Source of the DNA: the human T2T-CHM13v2.0 reference genome, Homo sapiens
Strand: one strand, 5' to 3'
Assembly: GCF_009914755.1 (NCBI RefSeq)
Contig: NC_060932.1
DNA length: 64,000 bases
Of the stretch, positions 28,795 through 42,660 are shown in pieces. Within the stretch, counting starts at the first letter, position 1, and each line of letters begins with the position of its first letter. Below the pieces are notes generated by a model, which made no database searches, was not told where the DNA came from, and saw only the letters and a list, made by a program, of their open reading frames with translations. The position numbers were made by a program, and so were the translations under genes.

Positions 28795-29429
28795 GTAAGA
28801 CACTCAGTTCTTTCATTTCAACACTCCAAGTCAGCTCATGTCAGTGGTAATGGCTCTTCCAGCACTTGGTAACCCTAGGCAGGAAGTGAAACCCTCCTCT
28901 CACCTCAGGACTCAGAGCTGAGAGACGCTTGATTCTGGGGACCATCTGGGAGGGAGGCTGGGGGCTGGAGGAATGAATAGCTTTCTACTTCCAGGATTCT
29001 TTCCCCACCCGCTTCCTCCCTAAGACCCACCCCTTTGAATAACTAGCTGTTTTTCTAAGGGACCGATCCCTTCCATTCCATCCTTTCATCAATAATCCAG
29101 TTGGTGAAATCTTCTCAGTAGTCCTTCTTACCTATTGTTTGGCCCCAACACAAGATCAAGATAAGCTTGAGGCAAGAGTCAAAGATGACAGCCTACCCTT
29201 CTTCCAGTACTGCCTGGGATGCACACACAACTCTCAAAGCCCTGTCCCTGAGAAGTTAGCCTGGCAGGCCAGTAGTGAGGCTGGTTTGAATACCAGTTGG
29301 ACTGAGAGCCTTTTCAATCGTAGGTAAGAGACAGTCACAGAGACTCCCAATGTCTCCACATCCTGAATGTGGTCCTGCAGGCTTTTAGGAGCAGCCAGAT
29401 CTTCAAAGTGCTTTCTATCCATTAATTCA

Positions 29430-30060
29430 GTTTGTAGACTCAGAATTTTAGGGCCAAAAAGAAACCTTAAGGTCATTTAGCTGACCTCCTCTCGTAGATC
29501 ATGGTAATAGCTATACCACCTCTTTGACAAGCAGTCAGCCATTTTCTACATGAAAATTCCCAGTGATGGAGAGTTCATGTGTGTGAGATAGCTCATCACA
29601 CTATTGGACGATTCCAGCTCGTAGGGAGTTCTTTTGTCTGTTGAGCTGATGTCTACCTTCTTTTGACTTCTACCCGTTGGCCTTAGTTCTGCTCTCTGGA
29701 TAAGTCTCATCTTCCCTCGTCATTCAAACACCCCTTTCCTCCCTGCAACTGTTCTTGGTAAAATACAGTTTTACTTCTCAACATCTTAATTTCCCTCCAA
29801 GGTATAGTACTAAATTTGTTAGTAGTCTCCTTAAAATTGGCTGGGTCAGAATAAATATATGTTCTGAACCACATAAGTTGCAGATTATATTGGGAGATTT
29901 CTTCTTAGGACCTGGATGCTATTTTATACTCAAAGCAATCTAGAACTACATGCATTTTCAATAGCTACTTTATGTTCTTGGTTGCGTTACCTGTGTGTCA
30001 CTAAAATCTTTAGATGTTTTTTCTTCAAACTACAGTCAAACCAGGGCTTCCCTATTCTTA
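29430..30060 (-). mobile_element. L3/CR1-like ancient LINE remnant
   Basis: CCAGTGATGGAGAGTTC and ACTTCTACCCGTTGGCCTTAGTTCTGCTCTCTGGA resemble CR1/L3 3' sequence; highly diverged. Confidence 0.5.
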
Positions 30061-30137
30061 TATAATTAATATATTTACTTGCAAAACATTTCACAGTTGG
30101 CAAATTGGAGCAGATATTGCTGAGTTTATTCCTAGAG

Positions 30138-30470
30138 CAGAGGTTGGCAAACTATAGCCAGAGGACCAAATCAGGCCCACCGCCTATTTTAGTATAGTCT
30201 GCAAACTACAAATGGTTTTTACATTTTTTCAATGGTTGAAAAGAATTCAAAAGAAGAAGAATATTGCATGACATGTGAAAATTAAATAAAATCCAAGTGT
30301 CCTTAAGTAACGTGCTACTGGAAACAGCTGTGTCAATTTGTTTATGTATTGTCTGTGGCTTCTTTGCTGCTACAGCAGCAGAGTTGACTAGTTACAACAG
30401 AGACCATATGGCCTGCAAAGTCTAAATATTTACTGACTGCCCCTTTACAGAAAAAGTTTGCCACCTTCTA
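30138..30470. mobile_element. MER58B-like hAT-Charlie element
   Basis: TIRs CAGAGGTTGGCAAACT / AGTTTGCCACCTTCTA; 8-bp TSD-like TCCTAGAG / TCCTAAAA. Confidence 0.85.
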
Positions 30471-31209
30471 TCCTAAAAGATAGAAAATCTCAAAGGAGTC
30501 AAATGATTCCCTAGCTAATGAGGAGCAGAACCTCATCCAGCACTTAACCTCTAAATTCTGAGTTCTAAATTTTCTAAATGCCTAATTAGACTGTTCTTTT
30601 TATCTTGGCACATAGATAATACATTCCCAGCGGTTAGAATGAACATAAATGACTAGCACTGTCAATTCTAATCAGTAATTCCCATGTTTAATGAGGCACA
30701 ATGTGGCGTCACAGAAACAACATTGACTCTGAGCTCAGGAAGCCCAAGTTCCACTCCTGGACTGCCGCCTACCAGTGTGAAGCCTTGGGCCAGCTCCTTG
30801 ATCTCTGGGCTTTGGTTTCCTTAATTTGACATTGAGCATCTTGCGTAAGATCTCGAAGATTCCATCCAACACTAACATGCTATTGTTCTCATGGGAAAAC
30901 TTAGTATTATGAGTGAGAAGGGCCTGAGATCCTGAATGCTCCTTGATGTGCAGGCCTCAGTTGTAAATCTGTCTCACCTCAAACTGTCCTTCCTTGCAAG
31001 CTGACTGCAGTTAGATGGCCATCGACCTACTTGTAACTCCATTGGTTTGACTTCTCTGTGTTGGCTCACCCTGTGTTATTGTACAAACTTGAGGCCCAAG
31101 GTCTGCATCTTTTGCTCTTACACATCTCACTAGAGTTTGAATGAGTGACATGAACAGCATTGGAACCAGAGTTAAGACATGGTAGGTGTGTAGCTATTGT
31201 GATGTGTAA

Positions 31210-31450
31210 AAGTAATAATTAACATTACTGGATACCTTGGCTAGGCACCGTGCTAAGTGCTTTATGCATGAACTCATTGAATTCCCCCAGATTTCCCATG
31301 ACTCCCATTTTATAATGAGGACACTGAGGCTTCAAGAGATTAGGAGACTTGTTCAAAGACACACAGCTGGTAAGTGATGGAGGCAGGATTTAAACCTGGG
31401 TTTCACTGCATTTCCCATCACTGGCTTTTAGCCATGATGCTCTACTGTGT
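31210..31450 (-). mobile_element. MIR SINE
   Basis: CCCATTTTATAATGAGGACACTGAGGCTTCAAGAG core and GGCAGGATTTAAACCTGGG. Confidence 0.8.
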
Positions 31451-33622
31451 AACCCTCTTAATTCTTGACCTGTGGCTATAAAGTATGTATTGAGAGACAG
31501 GCCCTCCCTGAGATAACTTTCCAGCCTTGACAAAGGCACACCCTTGGTTCATTCCTTGGAGTGTAGGACCTAGATTGTGACAAGCCCAGATGAGTGTGTC
31601 TGGCAGAGGGGAGCAGATCTGAGGCCACCATATGTGTTCACCTAGCCCTAAGGAGTGCCAGCTTCGCTGGTATTTGTACAGCTTCCATCAGGACTGCTCA
31701 TTGGCCACGTTCTTTCCTCTCCCTGCCACGTTGATTAATACTCACATAAATTAATGCTCACATTAGTGTTCAAGTATGCAAATGAGTGCTTAAAATCATC
31801 ACTCACACAATGACCAGACTGAGGATATAACACACAAGAGCCCCTCTCCTGGTAACCCCACAATCATGCAGATGTGTTGACTTCTCTGCATTACCAGTCT
31901 GGTAGGCAGGGGATATGACAGTTAGAAACAGTCTTTCAGACAGCAGTTCTCAACACCAGGTCCCTTGCTGCACAATCGAATCACCTGGGGGTTTAAAAAA
32001 TATCATGCCAGTCAGCCACAATTTGAATCTGGTTTTGATCTTAGAAGTTCTTAACTTAAAATAACAATCTTTTAGAGTCTCAGTTTTCTCATCTAAAAAT
32101 AGCAGGATAATAATAGCCACCTGCTAGCGTTATTATAAGCATTAATGTATAGAATGTCCTGACACACAGAATTTGATTTTTTTTTAAATCATAGCTATTG
32201 TTATTGTTAAGATTCCTATTCAGACCATGAAAAAAATGATACTTAATTGAGAAATGGAAGAGAGGGAGATAGAGATGAAAAGAAAGAACAAGCCAAACAA
32301 ATAATTTTCTGTAGAGAATGGTCCTTTAATGTGGAATTTATGGATGTCTCTTATGGAGAAAGAGGGGCAGGCTTTAAACTCCCCTGAAATAATATGCAAG
32401 TTGATATGCAAATAGCATGCATGATGATAAATTCTATTTCCATTATTTCTGGAGATCTGGTCTTCATCTACATCTGACCTCTGGTTTCTTGGAAACCCCT
32501 CTTGCCCTGATCCTCTGTCCCCAGTGGGCCCCGCTGAGGTCCTCTTTTTCCAGCTTGCAGCAAGGTCCCTTCAAGTCAAGCAGCTCTGTGGCTTCTACAC
32601 TGCATTTGGGGCAGTAGTATCCTTGGTAGGGTTGGGTGATCATGTGTTCAGAGGTCAGTGGTTTCTCTTCAAGATCTTACCATTTCCAGGCTGCTTGGGA
32701 TGCTCAGACCTCAACTCTCTCCAAGACTTTATTTTCTCCCATGCTTCTTAAAGGCACACCACATACCATGATCTCCCTTGGAACCACCATGTATAATCTC
32801 TTCAATGGTTTTTCAAGTCTTCTTGGCTGGAACATTGGTCTGCCACAAGCTATAACATTTTAGCAGGAAACAGAAATATCTGTATTACCTTTGAAAATGA
32901 TTCCTCTGGGGCCTACTGACCTAGTCATGACTTGCAATTTTGAGCTCATAATTCAGTAACAGTTACTAAATCTATGTTGTGTGTTTTTTGTTTTTGGTTT
33001 TTTACTGATTCTCTCAAATGATTTATATTAAACATCTTAAACTAGCATTGATTAAAATCATTTTGGGCTAAGTTCTTCCCCAAAGAGTAATTCATTGAAA
33101 ATAAATGGATTCAGACCCTACTTTATAATGTGAAAGACTTTGTGCAGATTTGAATATAAGATGACCTGTTTTCTGAGGATAACATGGGCAAGGGACTTCC
33201 ATTTAGGTAGGGCATTCATGGTAACCGCATACATAGGCCACAAGCAGAATTGAGAAATAGGCAAACTACATCTCCGTGGTGCCTGCAACCCCATTCTTTC
33301 CTCTTCTTGAGCACCTCCTCAGTAGGCAAACAATGCCTAGTGAAGTTGACCCTGGCAGGTAGGCTGCAACATTGCCTTTTACAGGTATGGCCAGAGATCC
33401 ATGGTTCAGACCTGACACCTTCCCACTGTTTTTCCAATGAAACTTAGCACTACCTTTATACCTCAGGGACTTGATTTCCCTGAGTTGATCCTACAAGGTA
33501 ATGGCTGAATGTGCTGCCGGGCCTAGAATCATTCTACATAATAACCACCACATTGTGCCAGGGAGATGGAAATTGATGTCAGAGAAAGCACCCTTTTCTT
33601 GCTCTCCAGTCCTTTTGTGGTA

Positions 33623-33948
33623 CATTTATCCCTCAGTATCTGTGGAAGATTGGCCTCAGGACCGCCCACGGATACCAAAATTTACAGACTGAAGAGTCTC
33701 TTTTATAAAATGGCATAGTATTTGTCTATAACTGACACACATCCTCCCTTAAATCATCTCTAGATTATTTATAATACCTAATCCTATGCAAATTCTGTGT
33801 AAGTAATTGATATACTGTATTGTTTTGGGACTAATGATAAGGAAAAGTCTGTACATGTCCAGTACAGATGCAAATTTTTTCTGAATTTTTTTATTGTGGT
33901 TGGTTGAAGCTATGGTTGTGAAACCCACAGCTACAGAGGGTGGGCTGC
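33623..33948. mobile_element. MER2 (Tigger-derived MITE)
   Basis: CCCTCAGTATCTGTGG...TATAAAATGGCATAGTATTTG...AAATCATCTCTAGATTA. Confidence 0.8.
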
Positions 33949-34952
33949 AGTTGGACTGGGCATCAGGAGACCTGAAATTTGCTTTCTACATCTGTCAAAT
34001 GGGGCAGTCATATCTGCCCTTCTTTTCTTGCCTTGCTTTGAAAACAAATGAAACAGTTGAATTTGAGCCACATAAACTTATTCACTCCTACTGAGTTTAT
34101 AGATTTGAAAGTGTGAAAAAGTATTTTTGAACTCCCAAAATAAATGTGGTTTATCCAAGATGTTATTTTAATGGCAGAGTTTGTCATGGTTCAGAACAGG
34201 GTGCTATCAAAAGTCAGCAGAACTGGAAAAATATAAATAAATCTTGCTTGGTGAAAAAGAAAGTCACTAGCTTAGGAACCCTCACACAGCATGATGGAGT
34301 GTCTGGTGGTATTTCAGGCTATTTACCTATGATTAACCTACTAGTCACTGACTGCTGTGAATGGGTTTTTTAATCTTCTAGCCCTGAGGCCATGGTCACT
34401 TTAGTTCCAAGACGTTACACAGTAACGTGACCTGCTTTTACGACAAGGTAGTAAGAGGAAGGCAGAGGGAACACTGCCCTAAAAACTTCAATAAGTTACC
34501 ACCTTCAGCTGGGATCTGGGTTTTAAGTTTTTTCTCTAGTTGTTTCCATAGTTTGACTTACTAGGAAATAAATTCAGAGGATGCTGACACTGAAGAGCAT
34601 TTCTCACACCCTTCCTCATTATCTCAGGGTTATTGAATAGCTTTATCATGAGGTTGCTCCCTCAAAGGTGCTTCTCTGAATAGCCTGTTTCACATATTAG
34701 TTGCATTGCCCTGCATTTGACACTTAACTCGTTGTACCTTTTGTCATCAATGAAATGGGATACAATTTTCTTAACAGCCTCCTTTTAAATATAAGGAGAC
34801 TGAGGCCCAAGACAGTTGAGGAACTGGTCCGGGCTCCTACAGCAAATTGTAAGGCAGGGATTTAAACCAAGGTAATGTGGTCTCAGAATTCCTGTCTTAA
34901 CAGTTCTGCTGAGCTACCCATCTGGCATTTCTTCACGTGCCTGGTCCCTGGA

Positions 34953-35096
34953 GGCTTGGCCCTTAATCCTGAATATTGAAATCTCAAAAGATCAAAAGCC
35001 CTGAAGTCTAAAATCCCTCATGTCATATTTTTGGGATTTCAACATTCAGGATCATGGCATCTGGGATTGTGTCTTTCGGGATTGTGATCAGCACCG
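34953..35096. mobile_element. Internally deleted Ricksha-like (MULE/MuDR) element
   Basis: AATCC-type subrepeats on the left mirrored by GGATT-type subrepeats on the right; 10-bp TSD GGTCCC(T/A)GGA. Confidence 0.7.
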
Positions 35097-35235
35097 GGTC
35101 CCAGGACTTCAGAGACACTAAAAATTTCTAAAAACCTGCATCTGTTCCCTTGAAGGTTTGAAAAACAGTAAGATTCCATTCGGGGACATTTTCTCAGTAT
35201 CAATGACTTCTATCCTCTTAGTTTCTGTTTCTCTC

Positions 35236-35264
<29 letters not shown>
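35236..35264 (+). repeat. A29 homopolymer
   Basis: Direct reading; no Alu or L1 body attached. Confidence 0.95.
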
Positions 35265-35267
<3 letters not shown>

Positions 35268-35975
35268 TCCCCTTGCTTAGGGCACCCGGGAGACTAAGGA
35301 AGGACAGTGACTGTGGGAGGAAATGCAGAAACATCAGAACCAGCCGAGCTGGGGACATGCAAGGCCTCAGCACCGCAGGCTTCTGGGAAAGGGGACTGCA
35401 AACCTCTCCCGAGAAGGAGCAAAGGCCTGGGCAGCCAAGGTCTGAGTGTGTAAGGAACTTCCACCACTGCAGTCTCATCTGCTGCGGCCAGAGGGAGAGG
35501 TGGAATGGCAGGAAAGCCACATCACAGAACTCATGTCAGGCTCACAGCATTTCCAGATTTCTCTGCTGTTCCCCCAAGGGGGCTGGCAAAAGGGGGCAGG
35601 CCACCCAGGCCTCAGCTGGTTGGGAGGGGACGATGTGACTTGGACACCATGTGGACACCAGGGATTTACTTCCCCCCAGCCCCGATCTTGAGCAGAAAGA
35701 AGGGATAGGTGTAGGACGGAGTGGGTAAAATCCACTTTTGAAGTCTCACCTTTGTGGATCCATATTCCGCAGTGGGAAGCACGTGTTAAGTCCATGCCCT
35801 AAAGATAGTGGTGTGTGTGCTGCTTCAGACAGGGATTGCTTGGGACCTGCAAGGGGAAGAAGGAGGTTGGTGAGTAGATCCAGTTACGGAGCATAGGGAC
35901 GGTATAAGCAAAGGGAAAGACAGAAACGGACACACATGTGAACGTGTGTTTTGACACCTTGCTGGTTTTACTTAA

Positions 35976-36269
<294 letters not shown>

Positions 36270-36717
36270 TAAGAAAACATTTGTCATTCCTGGGTGCTGG
36301 TTCTTTCCTTTGCCTTGGGAGAACGTAATGAATAAACAGACTCATCCAGCAGCAAGGTACAAGGTTAAGAACGAAACTCTTGCTGCGTGTGTGGACAGTC
36401 ATACCTCATAAGAACTAGTGATTGAGCCTCATTTGATACATGCAAACTATTCATCTCACCCAAATAAATGAGCCTCAGGTTTCTGTGGCATCACCACTTA
36501 CTCATTTTCTCCCAGTCAAAGGTCTTATTCTGCTTCACCAAGAGGGTAAGAAACAAAGCTTGACTGTGCCCATGTCTTGCCCAGCATGTCAATGCCATAC
36601 AGGATTCCATGCCCTTCCTCGGAGTAAGAGGAAAGTGTGTGGGTGCACATTCCCCTCAGTATCCTGCTGCAGCCAACACTGAGGCTTCTATAGACCCAAG
36701 ACCTAGCCAGTACTGGA

Positions 36718-37247
<530 letters not shown>

Positions 37248-37359
37248 CATGGACTTTTAATGAGTCAGTTCACCATGTTAAATATGCCCGCCATCTGCAT
37301 AGGCTTGAGTACTTTGTTATTGAGAAATTTTATTTTTTTCCTGTTTGTTGTAATGGGAT

Positions 37360-37600
37360 TTGCACTGTGGTCAAGAGAACCCGTCTGTAGCCTGCCACAG
37401 CCACCTGCAGTTTTGTGACCTTGGAGAGGTTCCTCACACTTCTGCTCCTCGGCGTCCTCATCTGTAAAAAGGAGATGGCAGGAGTGCCTACCTCATAGAG
37501 CTGTGTGAGGACTGAGGAGTTAATACCTGGGAGACGCTTCAGGCAGGCACCTCCCACATAGGCAGCACTCCGTGTTCGCTGTTGTAACTGTTAGTTTTAT
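37360..37600 (+). mobile_element. MIR SINE
   Basis: TGTGACCTTGG...CCTCATCTGTAAAA...CCTACCTCATAGAGCTGTGTGAGGACTGA core. Confidence 0.8.
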
Positions 37601-37694
37601 TATTAGTAACTAGTTAAGTGATATTATCATAACTGTGGATAAGTAATTAGTGCTTCAGAATGGAAACAGCATAAATGCATAAATGCTACGTTAG

Positions 37695-38014
<320 letters not shown>

Positions 38015-38949
38015 AAACCTTTAAAAAAATTTCTGATTTCACAAACTCACCATCAAATATTCCAGTACATTTGAACCTCATTCTTGGATGGCTTTTCTAT
38101 AGAGTCAGGGCAGTAACATGGAAATCAAGAATCACGGAATCACACAGGCGACACTAATTATGGCTAGCCTTCATACAGAGTGCTTGGAGGTTAATCCAAA
38201 GACTGTTTTTCAGATTATTTTGAGATTGTGAAACCAGCACAAAAATTGCCTCTAGAAATTGTACTGGGCTGTGGCCTTTGAAACATCTGAATCATAGACA
38301 CATGAGGGCGCTGTAACCTTCCAGCAATAACGGGCACTTTCCTCGGGAGTGATTTTTCTTTGGAAAAGGTCAGTGGGGTTACTGGGCCCCTTGCTTGGAG
38401 CATCCACTGAGCTGGTCTTTGACAAATAGGGGAATAAGGCTCAATTACTTTGCCTATTTGTTTATTTGTTAGAAGTTCTCCAAGAGAGAGAATGAACATA
38501 ATTATTACCAATGCCACGATTATTGGTTTTTGCCTTTGTGGCAGGGTGTCTGTGTGGGAGTCCCTTGGGGGCTGCCCATGTGGCCACCTGCCTTTGGCTG
38601 CACAATGCCTGGGATGCATGATGGTTGTTCTTGCGACTATCAGCAGAGTGATTACTTCAGTTGCTCTGCCACAGACACAGAGTAATGAAAGCTGGCTCCC
38701 TGGGAAAGCTGTGGGGGTGGACTGTGAGCCCAGCACACCTTGTGAGTTGCTGTCAACAGGCCCAGCAGGGGAACGGTGGAGCTGCCCTGCCTGGTGCCAC
38801 TCCAAGGCCCATCAACGCGGCTCCCTTTAACACTTTCCAGCCACACCTGAAGCAAGAAGAGCAGCCATATCATTTCAAAGACCACGATTTCAAAAGAGGA
38901 GATTTGTAAATCCAGTGGAAGCAGTACTCATAATAGAAAATGGTTTGGG

Positions 38950-39219
<270 letters not shown>

Positions 39220-41153
39220 GAATATAGTTTGGGGGTCAGCCTGCTGGAAATTACTTTTTTTTTTCCTGTTGGGGGCTGCAGAGAGAATTGTAGACTATTT
39301 ATCTGCAGCAGCAATCAATGGCTTTTTTCCTTGACTTTAATTTTCCTTATCTGGATGTAACTAAGGTCCTGTATTCTAATTATTTTTCCTTGTACCGCTA
39401 ACATTGAGTCCTCTTATAATAGCCATTAGGTCATTAGATTATTTTAGCTGAAATGAAGGCTATAAAATATTCCTTCCAAAGAACTAAATTTGGAAATCTT
39501 TGGAGACACATTCTATTTATTTAATTGGTGTTTTACTTTTATATTTGGTAAAAAGAAGAGACTCGGCAATACCTGTTCATTATTTTCTTTTTCTTTTTCT
39601 TTTTCTTTTTTTTTCATACACTAACTGAACATCCACTGGCTGCAGAAAGGAAATGCAGGCAGAAGCCACATGCACCCGTGTAGACTTGGCCTTTGTGAAG
39701 CAACCAGCTTTAATGAAGTCCCCCCGGGATTGGGAGGAGGGGGAGGAGGGGTGGGAGTTTGGATGAGAGCTGATTTCATTTTCTAGCTTCAACTTTGTTC
39801 TTCTGGTTGATGGCTCTGTTGGTGTCTGAGTGTCGCTGGTACCCAGAGTTGGCAGGGTTTTTTGCCTTGTGCATTTTCCCTAGATGGCCATGGAGCTTCA
39901 GCCTTAACCTTCTTCCTTCCCTCTGAAGGAAGAATCAGAGGCCACATCACTGGGAGGAGGGAGACCACTCAGTGGGGATGAGGGTGGCCTCTGAATGACA
40001 GTTCCAAGTTTATTCTGGGAGCTGAGCTGCAACACAACTGCTGTAAGGATGGGGACAGGCAGAAAGGGCAATGGTGGCAGAAGGAACATCAGCCAGCAGC
40101 TGTCACGTCTGTGGGACCCTGGGGGAGTGTCTCAGCCTCTCTGAGCCTCAGTGTGCACATCTTAAAAGATAGCCAAGACTTCCCTATCATCTCTCTTACT
40201 CTCTACGTTCTGAAATTCAGAATGTTATTTTGCAGAGAAATAAATAGAAAAGCTGTACTCCACTTCACTGAGGGCACTAGAACCATGACAACTGCTTCCC
40301 CCACTGATCGAGGACGGGTGCTTGCTGTGTGCAGGCCCTGGGCTAAGCGTGCCACATGGCTTTTATTTCATTTAACCCTCACAGTAGCTCTGCGAGGCAG
40401 ATATTATTATCCATGTTTCGCAGAGAAGACCAAGGCTCGGAGAGTTTAAATGACCAAGGCCCACAGCAGGGGTTGCACTCTGGGGTCAAACCCAGCCCCG
40501 TGGGACTCCACATCCTAAGCCTGCTCCTCCCCTTGTCTCGGACAGTGCCCCGTCTCCCTCCCAGGCCTGTGCAAGTTTGTTATCTGCCTGGAGTTTGCTC
40601 TCCCTCTTCTCCCTTTCTCCCCACTGCCCCCATCTCATCACTTGCCTGCATTCACGCACACACAATTCACAACTTGGATCTCTCCTTCAAGGGACCCTTC
40701 CAGGAACTTCCCCCAACCCCTCCAGGTCACGGCCAGGCCCCTATAAGCACTGTTTCCTGACATTTTCCTCCATAACCCTGTGTCTAGTTGTCTGCTTATT
40801 TGAGGAAAGCCTGCTTCTCTAAATGGACTGCAAAATCCTTAAGGACAGGGGCTGTGATTTAACTAACACTGCCACAACCCCAACTCCTAGCACACGTAGC
40901 CTATGGGCCCAGGTGGGCATTCAGTAATATTTGTCAAAGGAACAAATAACACAGAGGAAAAGAGGTTGCAAAAAGAGATGCGATGTACCCCTCAGGAGAA
41001 ATTCCAATGGGAACATTTGTGTCAAAGCATCCTACGGCCGGGTTGTCGGTTTATCTCATCTAATCACTCCTTCACAGTCCCTAGCCACAGGTTGTTTATG
41101 GAGATGTCTCAGTCACCCTTGTTGAATGTTAGTTATCTGGACCAGGGTTCTGA

Positions 41154-41522
<369 letters not shown>

Positions 41523-42145
41523 TAGCATCTTGAGGAGAAGGAAACTGAAAAACTGCCAATTCCCTGTCAGTTTAAGGCTAATCACAGTTAGATGCTATGG
41601 AGGAAGGTGAAACTGAGTTCTCACTTGTCTCTCGGTATGAAACCGAATTAGATATGATTAACTCCCAAATATATACAAAACAAAAACAATTAACAAGTGT
41701 TTCACTGGCCGTGATGGTGTAGTCCAAAAGAAATATGATCTCTTGGTTAAGAAAAAAAAATAATGCAGAATTATAGTGATTTGCAGTAAGACTTTTCCCT
41801 TCCTACCCATGGTCTTGTCTAGTATTACCCAACTTGGGCTCACAAGAAGCTATTTTACATTTTGTTTGTATGTTATTCACCTGAATATAACCTCACTAGA
41901 ACTCTACTTTGAATACACTCCCTTACTCCCTTCACTCCCAACTGCTCCCCCACTGGACCACTGCCCCATACAACTATATTGTAGAAGATTTGTTTTTTTA
42001 TAGTGATAGAGACAACAGGACTGCCAGGAACACAGTTCAAAATTGTTGGTTGGTTTGGAAAACTGCTACATTGGAGCAGCATCTTGGGTTATGAAGCTAA
42101 ATGTTAAACTATATGGGATAGTTCCTGTAAGTGGAATCATACCAT

Positions 42146-42660
42146 TTCTTTCATTTGGGATACTCTTTTTTGAGCTTCCTTTGTGTTGTAGTAATCGGGA
42201 CTTCACTCTTTTTATGATTAAATAGTATTCCGTTGTGTAAATATACCACATTTTGTATTTCCACTTATCAGTTGATGGACATTGGAATTTTTCTACCTTT
42301 TGGCTATTGTGAATACTGCTACTATGAACATTCATGGACAAGTTTTGTTTGAATACTTGTTTCCAGTTCTTTTGGGTATGTTCCAAGGTGTGGAATTGCT
42401 CAGCCAGATTCAAAAAGCCACATGTGGTATGATTCAATTTATAGGACATATTGAGAATAAGCAAATCCATAGAGACGAAAGGCAAGTTAGTGGTTGCCAG
42501 GGGATGGGGGTAGGAGGTGGAACAACTGCTTAATGGGTTTTCTTTGGGGGGGATGAAAATGTTTCGGAATTAGATAGAGGTGATGGTTGTACAGTATTGT
42601 GAATCTACTAAACAGCACTGAATTATACACTTTAAGATGGTTAAAATGGTGAATTGTGAT
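42146..42660. mobile_element. L1MB-type 3' end with 5' inversion (minus segment ~42146-42400, plus segment 42401-42660)
   Basis: Minus segment reads AGCAATTCCAC...AAATGAAAGAA; plus segment continues GCCAGA...ATCCATAGAGAC...TTAGTGGTTGCCAGGG. Confidence 0.75.

Noticed and set aside
38215-38909. Overlapping 77-196 aa ORFs in intron 13 as a nested gene
   Set aside because: No recognisable domain or gene structure; consistent with chance ORFs in moderately GC-rich DNA.
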